From Oculina patagonica (lineage: Eukaryota), in assembly GCF_052425735.1 (NCBI RefSeq), contig NC_135764.1, positions 7,812,040-7,876,000 on the forward strand: a stretch of 63,961 nt of DNA, in the 5' to 3' direction. The notes beneath the pieces were generated by a model, which saw only the letters and a program-made list of their open reading frames with translations, was not told where the DNA came from and ran no database searches. Shown here in pieces: positions 49,501 through 60,100 of this stretch. The position numbers and the translations under genes were made by a program. The first letter of the stretch is position 1, and every line of letters starts with the position of its first letter.

Positions 49501-52500
49501 TAACGGACGTTATTTTTCGTCCCAGTAATAGCAAAATATATGGAAAAGAACCTTGATATAACGAAACCTCTATATAGCGAACACATTTTGCCAGTACCTT
49601 GGCCCTTCATTCATATTCAGGTTCCAATGTACATGTACCAGTATATAGAATTGTCTTTAATTTAATATTTTACCCATGGATGTAGTAAATAGTTTTTGTT
49701 CAGTAAGATCATCTCCAAACTTTGCATTTTGCTCATGCCTGAGCAAAAATGTCATAAAATGTGACACTTTGTACTTACAGACCTTAGATAACTGTAAAAA
49801 CCCAGTTAAACAGTAGGCCATTTCTGAGTTACCCTTTGCCTCTGTTTCAAGATGAGTCTACGTGCAAAACCATTCAAACGAAGATGAGTTTGATTTGCAT
49901 GAAAATGGACCTGAAGGCAAAACTCATTTTCATTTGAATGGTTTCGCACATAGACTCGTTTTGAAATGGAGGCAAATGGTAACTCTGAAATGGCCTGTTT
50001 AAGTAGGCTCGATTTCATATTAAGGTAATTCCCTTGAAATAGAACTGCTCATAGATTTCCAACCAAACTTTGCCAGTTGGTTGTTTACATGTACCTTAAG
50101 GGAAGTTAAATTTTGAAATAAAAAAGGGGGGTCACCGTATTCATTTAGGAGCAGGAAGACCCTGTATTTACCATATAATTCCTTATATTTCCTTTGCAGG
50201 TACTGGCAAAGTACACGTTTTTGGTGATAATGTATTATTCTGCCATACAAATTGATCTGTATTTATTTTAAAGGAAGAATAATTTGGATCGCTACTTTTG
50301 AACTAAGAGAGCCAAGCCGCATAGAAAAAGTCGCCATTTTGTTTATGTGCGCACGCTAATTATGCGTAAAATTCTGCGCGGTAAGGATGCGCAATGCAAT
50401 ACTTGGGAATCACCTTAAGTTACTAGATTTTTTCCCTTTCTTTTGACAGGTGCTCTTCTGATTGAGAGACCTGCTGACATTGAAGAAGGTAAAAATTCCT
50501 TTTAGAAACTGTAACTTATAAACATAATGTTATCAGTACTGAGGTGAAGGTGTGTTGGTTTACTGTGGAGCTATTAATGTTTTCCTGCAGGGTTTCCACT
50601 TCAAGCACCATTGGTTTATCATTATGGACACTTGTCACCTGGACCCAATGAAAAGCTGTACAACAAGATATCCAGCAAAATAGCTGAAGTCACGAAAGAG
50701 AGATTTGAGAAGAACAAGAAAGGCAAGTCTGTGTTCCATGCTGTCGGCACTTGGTAGTTGCAGTGTGCAAAGAATTGGTCAGTCCTGTCCAATAAGTTGG
50801 GGCTAGTGCTAAAAATTTCCTGTTAGGCTAGTGGATTTTATCCACTACTTGCCCGATTGGCAAGTAACATTTTTGGACATTTTGTTGGCAGGTAAAGTAA
50901 GGCAACTGAGAATGGCCTTCATAATTGGGCTGGCACAAAGTGCCCAAAGGGGAACCCAGAAAATCCATTATATTTGCACCCTGCTTGAATTGTTTGCACT
51001 GGTACTGTACTTGAAAAATATCTTGACCAAAAGCCATATTCTTCCAGCAAAAATCTATAGAAAATCTATGAAGCCAGCAAGGAGAATTGAAATACTGATA
51101 ATTATGTGGGATGTTTTGTTTTAGCTCGAGCAAGTGGCTGCATTATCAACACCTGTGGCTGGGTGACTGGAACTGGTTACAGAATTCTGGTTCATGCGGC
51201 TGAAGCATTTGACGGTGCGTAGCACAGTGATTTTTATTATCAAGGGATGCATGCTGTACACATTAATTTATTTTTAAAGAGTTTTCAATATTAAATTTAA
51301 GTGACTGTATGTGTAAAAGACATAGCTGGATAGTCAGAATGATTTAACATTGTTGTAACACATGCAATTGCAAGCTGTATTGTAGGGTGAAAGTGAGTGA
51401 TTATGGGTGCTGCAAATTGAAATGTAGAGCTGTCCAAAATAAGTCGGCTGACAAACGGCCAACAGACGGCCGATAGTTGGCCAAGAACTAAACGGCCAAG
51501 TGTTGGCCAGGTTTTTTGGGGGGAGCTGTTCAATGAATCAAAATAATAATCCTACAGTATCCTGCCACCAGCTGGATCTGTTCTTGGTCTCGTCCAGAGT
51601 TCTACTCCTTGGCTCTGCTTTGCAAATAACCAACTGGTTACCCTACAGTAAAGTACAGTACATGCTGTGTAATTAGACAGCTTCAATTTCAAAATTGTTC
51701 ATGTTTACTTTGGAAGAGGGTCTACAGGTCAGTATTTCTGATGTGCTACATGTAGTATATGGCTGGGGCCCAGGATTTTGCAGCGAGGAGACAAACTACA
51801 CTCAGATAACTGAGTACTGTATTTTTCTGGCATTAGGCTTTACACTATCATGTTGTATCTTTTCAAAGTTAAAAAGCACTCTTTCAACATAAATTTTAAA
51901 CAAATGTTCTTACAGTACTGTATAAATTTCAGGTGTTGGTTTCCTTATTTTTCCATTATTCATTGCATAATTTACGATTCTTCGACTTTCTTGTATTTTT
52001 TAGTGGATGTAATAGTTGTCCTTGACCAAGAAAGAGTCTACAATGATTTAAAGAAGCAGTTTGGTAACAAGGTCCAGATCGTGCATCTTCCCAAATCTGG
52101 TGGGGTAAGGAACTTTTTGCTGTTCAGAATTTTCCTCAAATGAGATTGAGAATTTTCAGGTTACAGCTACTGTTGCTAATTGCCATTTTTTTGAACTTGA
52201 ACAACTAAAATCCTAGCCGAATATTTCCTCTTGATTAAAAAAAGAGCAAAACAGACAGTGGAGAAAAAGAAATACACAGGCAATGAAAAAAGGACTACAA
52301 GAGATTAAATAACCACATTTACAAATGTATAAACTATTAATAATATGTGCAATTATTATTGATACATACTGTATAAGTTGTGTAGTTGAACTCACTATTG
52401 ATATGTTGTTATTGGAACACTTGCAATCATAAAACATTGATACAATGTAGTTCAATCTGACTATTGATTTATAACACTTCTAGTACATACTAGTAAGATA

Positions 52501-55294
52501 ACTTGCTTTAAACCCAAGTTTTCAGATTACGTACATGTAGGTAATATAATGGTTTTTTTGAAGAGTGAATTATAGACAACTATTAGTGATCAATAAAAAT
52601 GCTATTAACATTTAGGTGGTGGTACGCAGTACAGAAACTCGACGGGGTGCAAGGGATGGCAGAGTGAGAAACTACTTTTATGGGATAAAGGGAAACTTTT
52701 ATCCACACAGTTTTGAGGTCCGATTTGCAGACGTAAAAATATTTAAAATAGGAGGTAAGTTGTTAAATTCATGTAAAATAAATAAATTATCATAATAATA
52801 ACTTTGCCTCAAATGTACTGTGGTTAAATTGCTTATTGTAGCTGCAGGTGAAAGAAGTTTTGTTGTTGTCGTGTTTGTTATCATCGCTGTTGTTGTAGCC
52901 TGAGGTCAAATGTTATTGTTCTCAGCCTTGATTAATCTGTTTCAAACTAAAAAATTAAAGTAATAAAAATTAACAACTTTCGTCACATAAAAAAAATGAA
53001 TTCAATTGTTGTGATGAATGTGTTATCTTCAGGCTGAAACAGATTAACCTACATGACAGTTGTAGCTTGGAAACAAATTAACCTAAAAAAAAATGGACCA
53101 ACACACATGTATATACACTGTAGCAATCAATAGAAAACAGTTTCCCTGAGTCCAAGTTACAATTTTATCGACTTGTCTAGAAATTGCCCGCTTGTTAAGT
53201 AATAATAAAATTAATGTTTCCGACTCATTACAAAAAAAGAGAAAAGAAAGAAAAAATGGTGAAAAATGCAATTTGAATCACCAAGCAAACCAACAGTTTT
53301 AGTTGCTAACTGTAGTGATCAAGTGTTCTAAACTTGCTGTCATTAATTGAAACCTTTAGCTCCAGCTGTTCCTGATTCTTGTCTTCCACTGGGAATGGCT
53401 CCAGATCAGAATGAAACCAAACTGGTTCCAGTGCAACCAGGTATGTTATTCTGACCACTGACTGGTACATGTAGTATTAATTTTAGCCTATTCTTGTTCA
53501 CTTCACTCAACAAAATCTAGAAAACATTTTGGTTCTATGCACCTTTACCCTCAGCCCATTAATTTAGGAATATCCTTGGGAGACCTGTCTGGTGGCCTTA
53601 TGGTTTAGTGGGTTGGTCTCTTGATTGAGCAGTCCAGGTTCGAGCCCTGGCTGGGGTCATTGTGTTGTTCTTGGACAAGACACGTAATCAAGCCTGGAAG
53701 TCCATGTGGTCAGTGCTAATCCTCGGTTTTAGTAACACATACACTGTAGCAACTTAAGGAGCATTTTTACTCTCCCTGGATGGGATGCTAATGTGAACAT
53801 TTTTCTTTACTTGGATATACATTGTACACCTGCGTGTAGTGATATCTATTTTCCCAGGTATGATTATGAAAATTGAAGTTTATCATTTGCATGGTAAATT
53901 GAAAACAGCTGAATACATGTTAGCTTCCCACGCAGTCGATTTTAGGGGCAATCGTGTTTCACTCCTAAGAACAACTGCATGGGAGGCTAAATACAGTTTT
54001 AGTTGCAAGAAATTTCCATGCATGCTGATAGTCTACATCATCATGATGTAGAGTTTGTTGTTTATGCTGTTTACTATGTAACTCATGGTAAAGATACAAC
54101 TGGTATACTGTAATTGGAGGCCAGGAGCTAGATTGGGTGGATGGGTAGGACAAAGTTATACGGTGAAGTTCACTGACAGTGCTGGTTATCAACTGTTTTC
54201 CTCACAGGGCGTGACTTGAAGCACTGTGTGTTAGCACTGAGTGCAGCTGAATCGTTAGAAGAAGACTTGGTCACAACAAACACAATAGGCTTTGTTGTTG
54301 TGTAAGTTGCTCTCTTTTTCTAGTGTGCTAGCAAGCTTGTAAAATAATTAGAGCCAAACTGATCACTTTAGAACGAAAAAGTTATTTCTCCCTTTCTATT
54401 TTGCATAAATCGGCGATCTCTAAAGGAAGAAATGGCAAGCCATCGAAAGAACAATAAACTATAAAGAAAAGAAAAAACAATAAGCTTGCTCATACATACT
54501 GATGAGCATACGCATATACAGAGTATACGCACATACGCACATACGCAGACGCATATACTTTTTTTTTTTTTTCGCAGATACGCATACGCGCGTATGTGCA
54601 AAAGCATACGCGTTTTTCGTGTATGTTTTGGGACGCTTATTTCTGAGCGGTACTGTACGTTCCCAATCTAGTTTCCTGAAAGAAAATGAGCAGCTGCTTA
54701 GCAGTAATTCAGTCATGTGCAAGGATCATACACACCTTACCCAGGGTGCTAGAGATTTATTTTTTTCCCTTTTTTGGCGACAGAGAGTGGCAAATGCTGC
54801 CATTGTTGAGAGAGTTGCGAGCCGTGATCGATCAATCGCCGCTCACTGTCGCTGCAAAAAAAAAAAAGACCAAAAAAAAACCGCTTCGACACCTTGGGTA
54901 TACACACCACAAAAGTCCTTGAAAAGTAAATTTAGAGCTTGAAAGTCCTTGGACTTTGTTTTACTTCATATTGACACGAAAATGTACATGTATATTCCAT
55001 TAATTTGATTCCTGATAATTCTCACTAAAAATGAATGTCAAGAAACTAAAAGGAACTCTAGAATTTCCCTTGAAGTTTTTGATAAAAAATAAATTTTTAT
55101 TTTTAGTAACAGTACACAATACACTGTAGCGACAGTTTCTGTTTTCTTCTTTTGTGGTAAAATTGGTTCTTTTCCTTTTCAGCAATGATGTTGATTTAGA
55201 TCGCCAAACAATGGTAGTGCTGTCTCCAGCTCCAAGACCTTTGCCAAGGAAATACTTTCTGCTCAGTGATGTCAAGTTTATGGACTTTAAATAA
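43504..55294 (+). CDS. CLP1: Polyribonucleotide 5'-hydroxyl-kinase Clp1, 430 aa, 14 coding exons
   Basis: Exons 43504-43530, 43828-43914, 44638-44751, 48211-48345, 48783-48896, 49316-49343, 50450-50488, 50591-50722, 51125-51214, 52004-52104, 52616-52754, 53360-53440, 54208-54301, 55183-55294 (1293 nt). Hallmarks: [22 protein letters not shown]-loop [63 protein letters not shown]. Confidence 0.96.
44162..44560. mobile_element. MITE with 17-bp TIR and 7-bp TSD (CLP1 intron 2)
   Basis: gaggggccgtaaggggg ... cccccttaccgcccctc, flanked by ATAAGTT on both sides, with internal repeated cgtga motifs. Confidence 0.8.
45295..48081. mobile_element. 2.8-kb non-autonomous TIR DNA transposon
   Basis: 33-bp TIRs with one mismatch: catgaggggacgcaagcggcctcaactgtaagt (45295-45327) and acttacagttgacgccgcttgcgtcccctcatg (48049-48081). 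No transposase ORF recognised and the TSD is ambiguous. It interrupts an older pogo-type MITE (~45235-48165). Confidence 0.85.
46201..47046. repeat. 69-bp minisatellite with 12 copies of a GC-rich hairpin core
   Basis: Cores start at 46201, 46287, 46356, 46425, 46494, 46563, 46632, 46701, 46770, 46839, 46908 and 46991. Unit: catcggagctggcgggcggcgcgcctcatacagtccgatgtaacctgcaattctaataaatattttctc. Confidence 0.97.
49040..49220 (-). mobile_element. 3' fragment of an RTE-clade LINE
   Basis: Minus-strand translation [53 protein letters not shown] fits the typical RTE ORF C-terminus (GRP..TW.R...W...V.ALC). A short tatgt-like tail follows. Confidence 0.75.
49451..49631. mobile_element. pogo-type MITE
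   Basis: tacagtggaacc ... ggttccaatgta termini with repeated atataacg subterminal motifs. Confidence 0.65.
49815..49996. mobile_element. MITE
   Basis: TIR aggccatttctgagttacc ... ggtaactctgaaatggcct. Confidence 0.7.
50024..50414. mobile_element. TTAA-flanked MITE (Kolobok-like GG...CC termini)
   Basis: ttaa|ggtaattccc ... gggaatcacc|ttaa. Confidence 0.55.
50723..51124 (+). other. GC-AG intron of CLP1
   Basis: AAG|GCAAGT donor and ttttag acceptor give in-frame [16 protein letters not shown]. No adjacent GT donor has the required phase. Confidence 0.85.
53578..53790 (+). mobile_element. tRNA-derived SINE fragment
   Basis: A-box-like TGGCCTTATGG (53593) and B-box GGTTCGAGCCC (53637), followed by ggggtcattgtgttgttcttggacaagacac. 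No complete tRNA cloverleaf. Confidence 0.65.
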
Positions 55295-55444
55295 CTTTTA
55301 GAATGCATCACACTGAAGAGGATTGTGATTACAATAATTTTTATCTTACAATTACTGTGTGCAAACATACAGTACTTGTCAATGCAACCAGAAACCCATA
55401 CATGTTTCAAATGATCTGCTAAGGAACATTCAAGTGAATCTGAT

Positions 55445-55757
55445 CCCAGGGGGGGTACTCCGGGATCCAAGTGACGGGGATGTGCAAAGGATTTTTTGGG
55501 GGTCGAAAATTTGGCAGGTATTTTTTTGGGTGACTTGATTTAAATAGGGGATTTTTTTGGGGTATTAAAATCAAACTAAAGTGCCTTGGCGCGGCCTTGG
55601 CAATTTAGGGGTAATTTGACTAGGGATTTTTTTGGGCGTTTTTTTGGTCCAGGGATTTTTTTGGGTAATGTCGGGAGACTTAGGGATTTTTTTGGGTCCT
55701 GAGTTTTGCCTCCATTCGATCATCCCCGTCACTTTGATCCCGGAGTACCCCCCTGGG
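55445..55757. mobile_element. MITE with about 37-bp TIR and 8-bp TSD, just downstream of the CLP1 stop
   Basis: cccagggggggtactccgggatccaagtgacggggatg ... catccccgtcactttgatcccggagtacccccctggg, with AATCTGAT duplicated at 55437-55444 and 55758-55765. Confidence 0.9.
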
Positions 55758-56529
55758 AATCTGATGTGACTTGATAAAGTCCCCAGGGCATGACATAGGG
55801 TAGATGATGTACAAAATCTTGTTCATTAATTTTATTTCTGCTTTAGAAAGTGGGACATTGAAAGTGCAAGACGTGTTTCACAACTCATTCTTGCAAATTC
55901 CTTTTATTCACTGTAAAACCCTGCACACTGTATATTCCAAGTGCCTTTACATTTGTGTGTATTTTTTTAAGTGCAGAATATGTTCAATATGAATACTTGC
56001 TTTTTAAACGGTTTATCTCTTATAATGAAAAGTATGAGTAAATTGTCACTGCCATACTCTGAAAATTGGTTCCTATTAAAATAATAGGGACTGACATATT
56101 ACTACTTAAAAACTAATATCTTACTCTCTGTAAATACTATACTTTTTATGTTCAAAGACAACTCAACAGAAGTTCCCATTTGTGCTAATATATAATTACT
56201 TTTTCTAAGTGCATTACATGTATGTATTGATCATTAATTTTATTGAATGAAAACTGTCTGTGACCAACACAAAATTTGAAATAAACTTTATTATTATTTA
56301 TTCAATTATTAATGTCTTGAAAAATTATTTGTGCGGTTGAGTTTTAAAGAATGGTGACTTACATTTTGTTTATAACCTGAAAAATAATAAACCGTCAAAG
56401 TCATTGAGGCTCAGGTTTACCCCTTTTGAAACAGTCATTAATTACAATTAGTTTAATTAAATGAAAGTGATTTTGTTTTTAATAAACTAATTACAAGTCT
56501 GCATCTGACCAAAGTGTAGGAGGATTTTT

Positions 56530-56850
56530 GGGTGGGATGCTTGCCCATCGCAGGCTAGGGTTACCCCCAGCATTAAATTTTGCTGGTACCCATTTATGAT
56601 GCATGGATAGAAAGAGTCACTGTGAGAGGAAATTTTTCTTGCCCAAAATCTACAATGCAATGACCCGACAAGGTCTTGAACACTGACCATGCCAAAACTA
56701 ATAATAATATTATTAGCTTTCGGTAGGGCACAGGGCCTCGCAGTTAGTGTGCTAGCCTTCAGATCACACAGTCGGTGTTCAAGCCCTTGTGTGAGTCATT
56801 GCATTTTGTTTTTTGGGCAGAGACTCTCCTCTTGCAGTACCTCTCTCTTT
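56530..56850. mobile_element. Two divergently oriented SINE fragments between the CLP1 and PNPO 3' ends
   Basis: The minus copy (~56530-56690) reads gttcaagacc..gggtcattgcattg..ttgggcaaga. The plus copy (~56725-56850) reads gttcaagccc..gtcattgcatt..ttgggcagagact. Both are related to 53578-53790. Confidence 0.55.
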
Positions 56851-57186
56851 CCATAATAGTAATTACAAAAGTGCCTATAATTTAAAAGTGAATGTATGTT
56901 ACATATTAACTATTATTTTTCACTTCAGTAATTTGTTTCAGACTGGATAAAAGGTACCGGTACTGTGTCACAATTTATTTTTGCCCCACCCTTTTTTGGA
57001 GTCTGAAACCTTGCCCCTGTAAAAAGATTTTTGTATAATTGCACAATTGAAAAAACAATGCTTTTAAATGGTGTAACATAGTCTCAAATAAGTTAAAACA
57101 ACCTAAGAATAATAAATTATTATAAAATGTTGCCACCTTATGGTGGAAGTCTTTCCTTCAAAATAATGTTATTAAAGTTTAACACC

Positions 57187-60100
57187 CTATGGTGCAAGTC
57201 TTTCATAGACCCAACCATCCAAGCCTTCCTTGGTTAAATTCTCATCAATAACTTCATCTGGTTCGGGTTTACGAAACAAAATCCTGTCGTGAAGTCTGCT
57301 AGTTTGTCCTTGCCAGAATTCCACTTTGTCTGGAATTACTTTAAAACCACCCCTGAAAAAAATAGTCATTGGAAATTGTAATGTTAGTAGTCTTAAGGTC
57401 GCGCAGGACCCTTGCTCATTAATAAATTCATTGGCCAAATTTCTTGACGGGGTGCTATCTTGTAAAGCTTTAATTCGCTACATTTTGAACATCGATTCCT
57501 CTAAAATTTATCAAGGATATTAAGGGATGATGGAATTACATCATGATTGTCCTTTTACTGAGAGATAACCGTTTATTGTAATGCTACAGGCTCTTAAAAG
57601 TTTAACTGCAGATAATGCAATTTTGTGTCCAAGTTTTCGGCTACAACAGCGCACCGAATTAAATGATTGTATAACCTAGAGATGAATCATAACCTCTTTT
57701 GTGTTATGACAAGAACGAAATTTTCGATTTCAAAAACTGCTAGAAGTTATCTGCTTCTAAGAGAGTAAAAATGTGAAAACTAAACTTTGAAACGTGCTAT
57801 CTTCATTTTGAGAACGAAATTTCAAAATTCGCTCTTGTCATAACACAATAGAGTGCACCAAGTTCATGTTCCTCGCGAATCAACTCCTGAAATTCTATAT
57901 AGGCGAAGAAAACTTGGACACAAAATTGCAGGTTTTTCTTCTTCCGAAGATCTTCCGAGACAATGTTTACAACCGACTTGTGCTATATTCGCAGCTGTGA
58001 ATCTAGTTATGATAATTCGCTTTGTTTCAGCGCACGGTACGCAAAGCTGAGAACAATACCGTCTAATTACTTGTACAAAGAACTTTAAGAAAAACATTGT
58101 CATGAATATTTCGTTTGTTGTCGGCTTCAGTCGTCGCAGTTCGTGCACAATCTTTAAATAAATACATACATAATGATTTCAAGGGTCCTGCGCGACCTTA
58201 AATCTCATTGGAAAATCTGAACTCCAGTTTCAAATTATCATCTAACCAGTAGAGTTAAACATAAAGATCCAAGTAGCTTAAGTTTAAATAATTACAAGTA
58301 AAAAAAAAATTCTTATCGATAATAAAAATTAAAGTAGATATTCAGCTACAATTTAGGATTGATATTACTTTTTATCATCACAATGTACTGTAAAGTGTGC
58401 ATTTAACACTAAATTCCCAGAACTACATGTAACATCAACCTGGAGAAAAGGTGGTCACCAAGAAGCTTTTAAAAAATTTTGCAATCTTTGACCAATTTTT
58501 AACTGACAGTTTAAATTGCATAAAATTGATGTTAATGTTCCCTCTGACTCACCAGTGTTCCGGCTTAGGAATTGGTTTCTGTTCATCAGCATATTTGTCT
58601 TTAAGTTCTTTCTCCTTCAGTTCCAAAACCTTAAAATGCAGTTAATAGGATTAACTCCCAATCTAATCAGGATGTGATTCGCAGCCTACAAATGACTAAA
58701 CATATTAAACACACCTAGAAGAGTGTTACAAATTTCATCCACCATTCCATCCATTCATCAGACATGCAGAAGAAAGGTACATGTAGTTACAGCTGTGTAG
58801 CCAGTGAAGAATGACTTTTTTTGACTTTGATTTTTCCCCAATCTAATTTTGGTCAAACATTTATTTGAATGCATGAGTGTACAATCCCAAAAGCAACCCT
58901 ATTTGGCTTCTTAAATTTAGCTAGTACTGAAGGCACCAGAAACCCATAAGGGTTGAAACGTGTAACTCCCTATGATTTGCATTGTACAAAGCGTTTGCAC
59001 ATTCGCTTACACTAAGTACCATATTTGGAAAATCACGAGAAATATTTAACCAATCAAAATTACTATATTTGGATTAAATTCACAGCGCGCACTAGCTCGC
59101 GCTCGATGGCGTAATCTTGTTTTTAAACAAGCTTGGTTGAATAAAGTTACATTTGGTTATTAAAATTTTCTTGTTTCATCTTCTTGAAGTAGTATTATTC
59201 CAGGCTACTTCTCATGACTTAATGGCAACCTTGCTTTTTTAACAAAATGTAATTACGAAACTAAAATGCTGAAGCTCAATAACCTCCCGGACTTTTATCG
59301 GTCAATATTGGAATACTGGCAGTATTTTAAAACATTAGATTCTAAAGAAACAGACCTTAGACATGAAATTCTATGGAACAACCGCAACATTTTAATTGAC
59401 AAGAAGCCAGTTTTTTATAATAATTGGTTCACTCAAAACATTGTTCATGTGCATCATCTATTGGACGAACAAGGTAATTTCTACGATCTCGCAGAATTTA
59501 AAACCAAATATAACCTGAATGTGCCGTTTACTACCCTTTACGGTCTCATCGACGCCATTCCTAACGCATGGAAAAATAAAATAAAACAGCGCTTCCAAAT
59601 CGAGAGTAACTCAACAAACGGTAATACAGCCCTGTCCACAAGTTCAATTTATTCTGCTATCTTGACAAGCCTCTTCAAACCACCAACCTCTCAAAGTAAA
59701 ATTCTGCGTCACGGCTTTACTGAAAACAATGTTCAGAAAGTTTACTTACTACGTCCTTTTAAGATTACAAAAGAAATTAAAATCATAATGTTTCAATTTA
59801 AAATTATACACAACATACTACCTACCCAAATGAGTTTATATCGTGACAGTATCTCAGAAAATGATACCTGTCCTCTTTGCAAAAACGAAATACAAACCTT
59901 GAACCATTTATTAGTTACTTGCATCAAAACGACCTCCTTTTGGAAAACTTTTCATAGCTGGTGGTACGAGAAAACGCACGAAACGATACGCTTAGATCAA
60001 AGTAAAATATTGTACGGCTTTTTTGAAAAGACATCGCACTGGCAGCCTCTAAATTACCTTATTCTACTAGCGAAATATTACATTTTCTGCACAAATGGTC

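Noticed and set aside
53590-53660. tRNA gene
   Set aside because: A and B boxes are present, but there is no acceptor stem or cloverleaf and it continues into SINE body sequence.
54368-54942. Overlapping ORFs in CLP1 intron 13
   Set aside because: Low-complexity catacg repeats and MITE-like sequence with no protein motifs.
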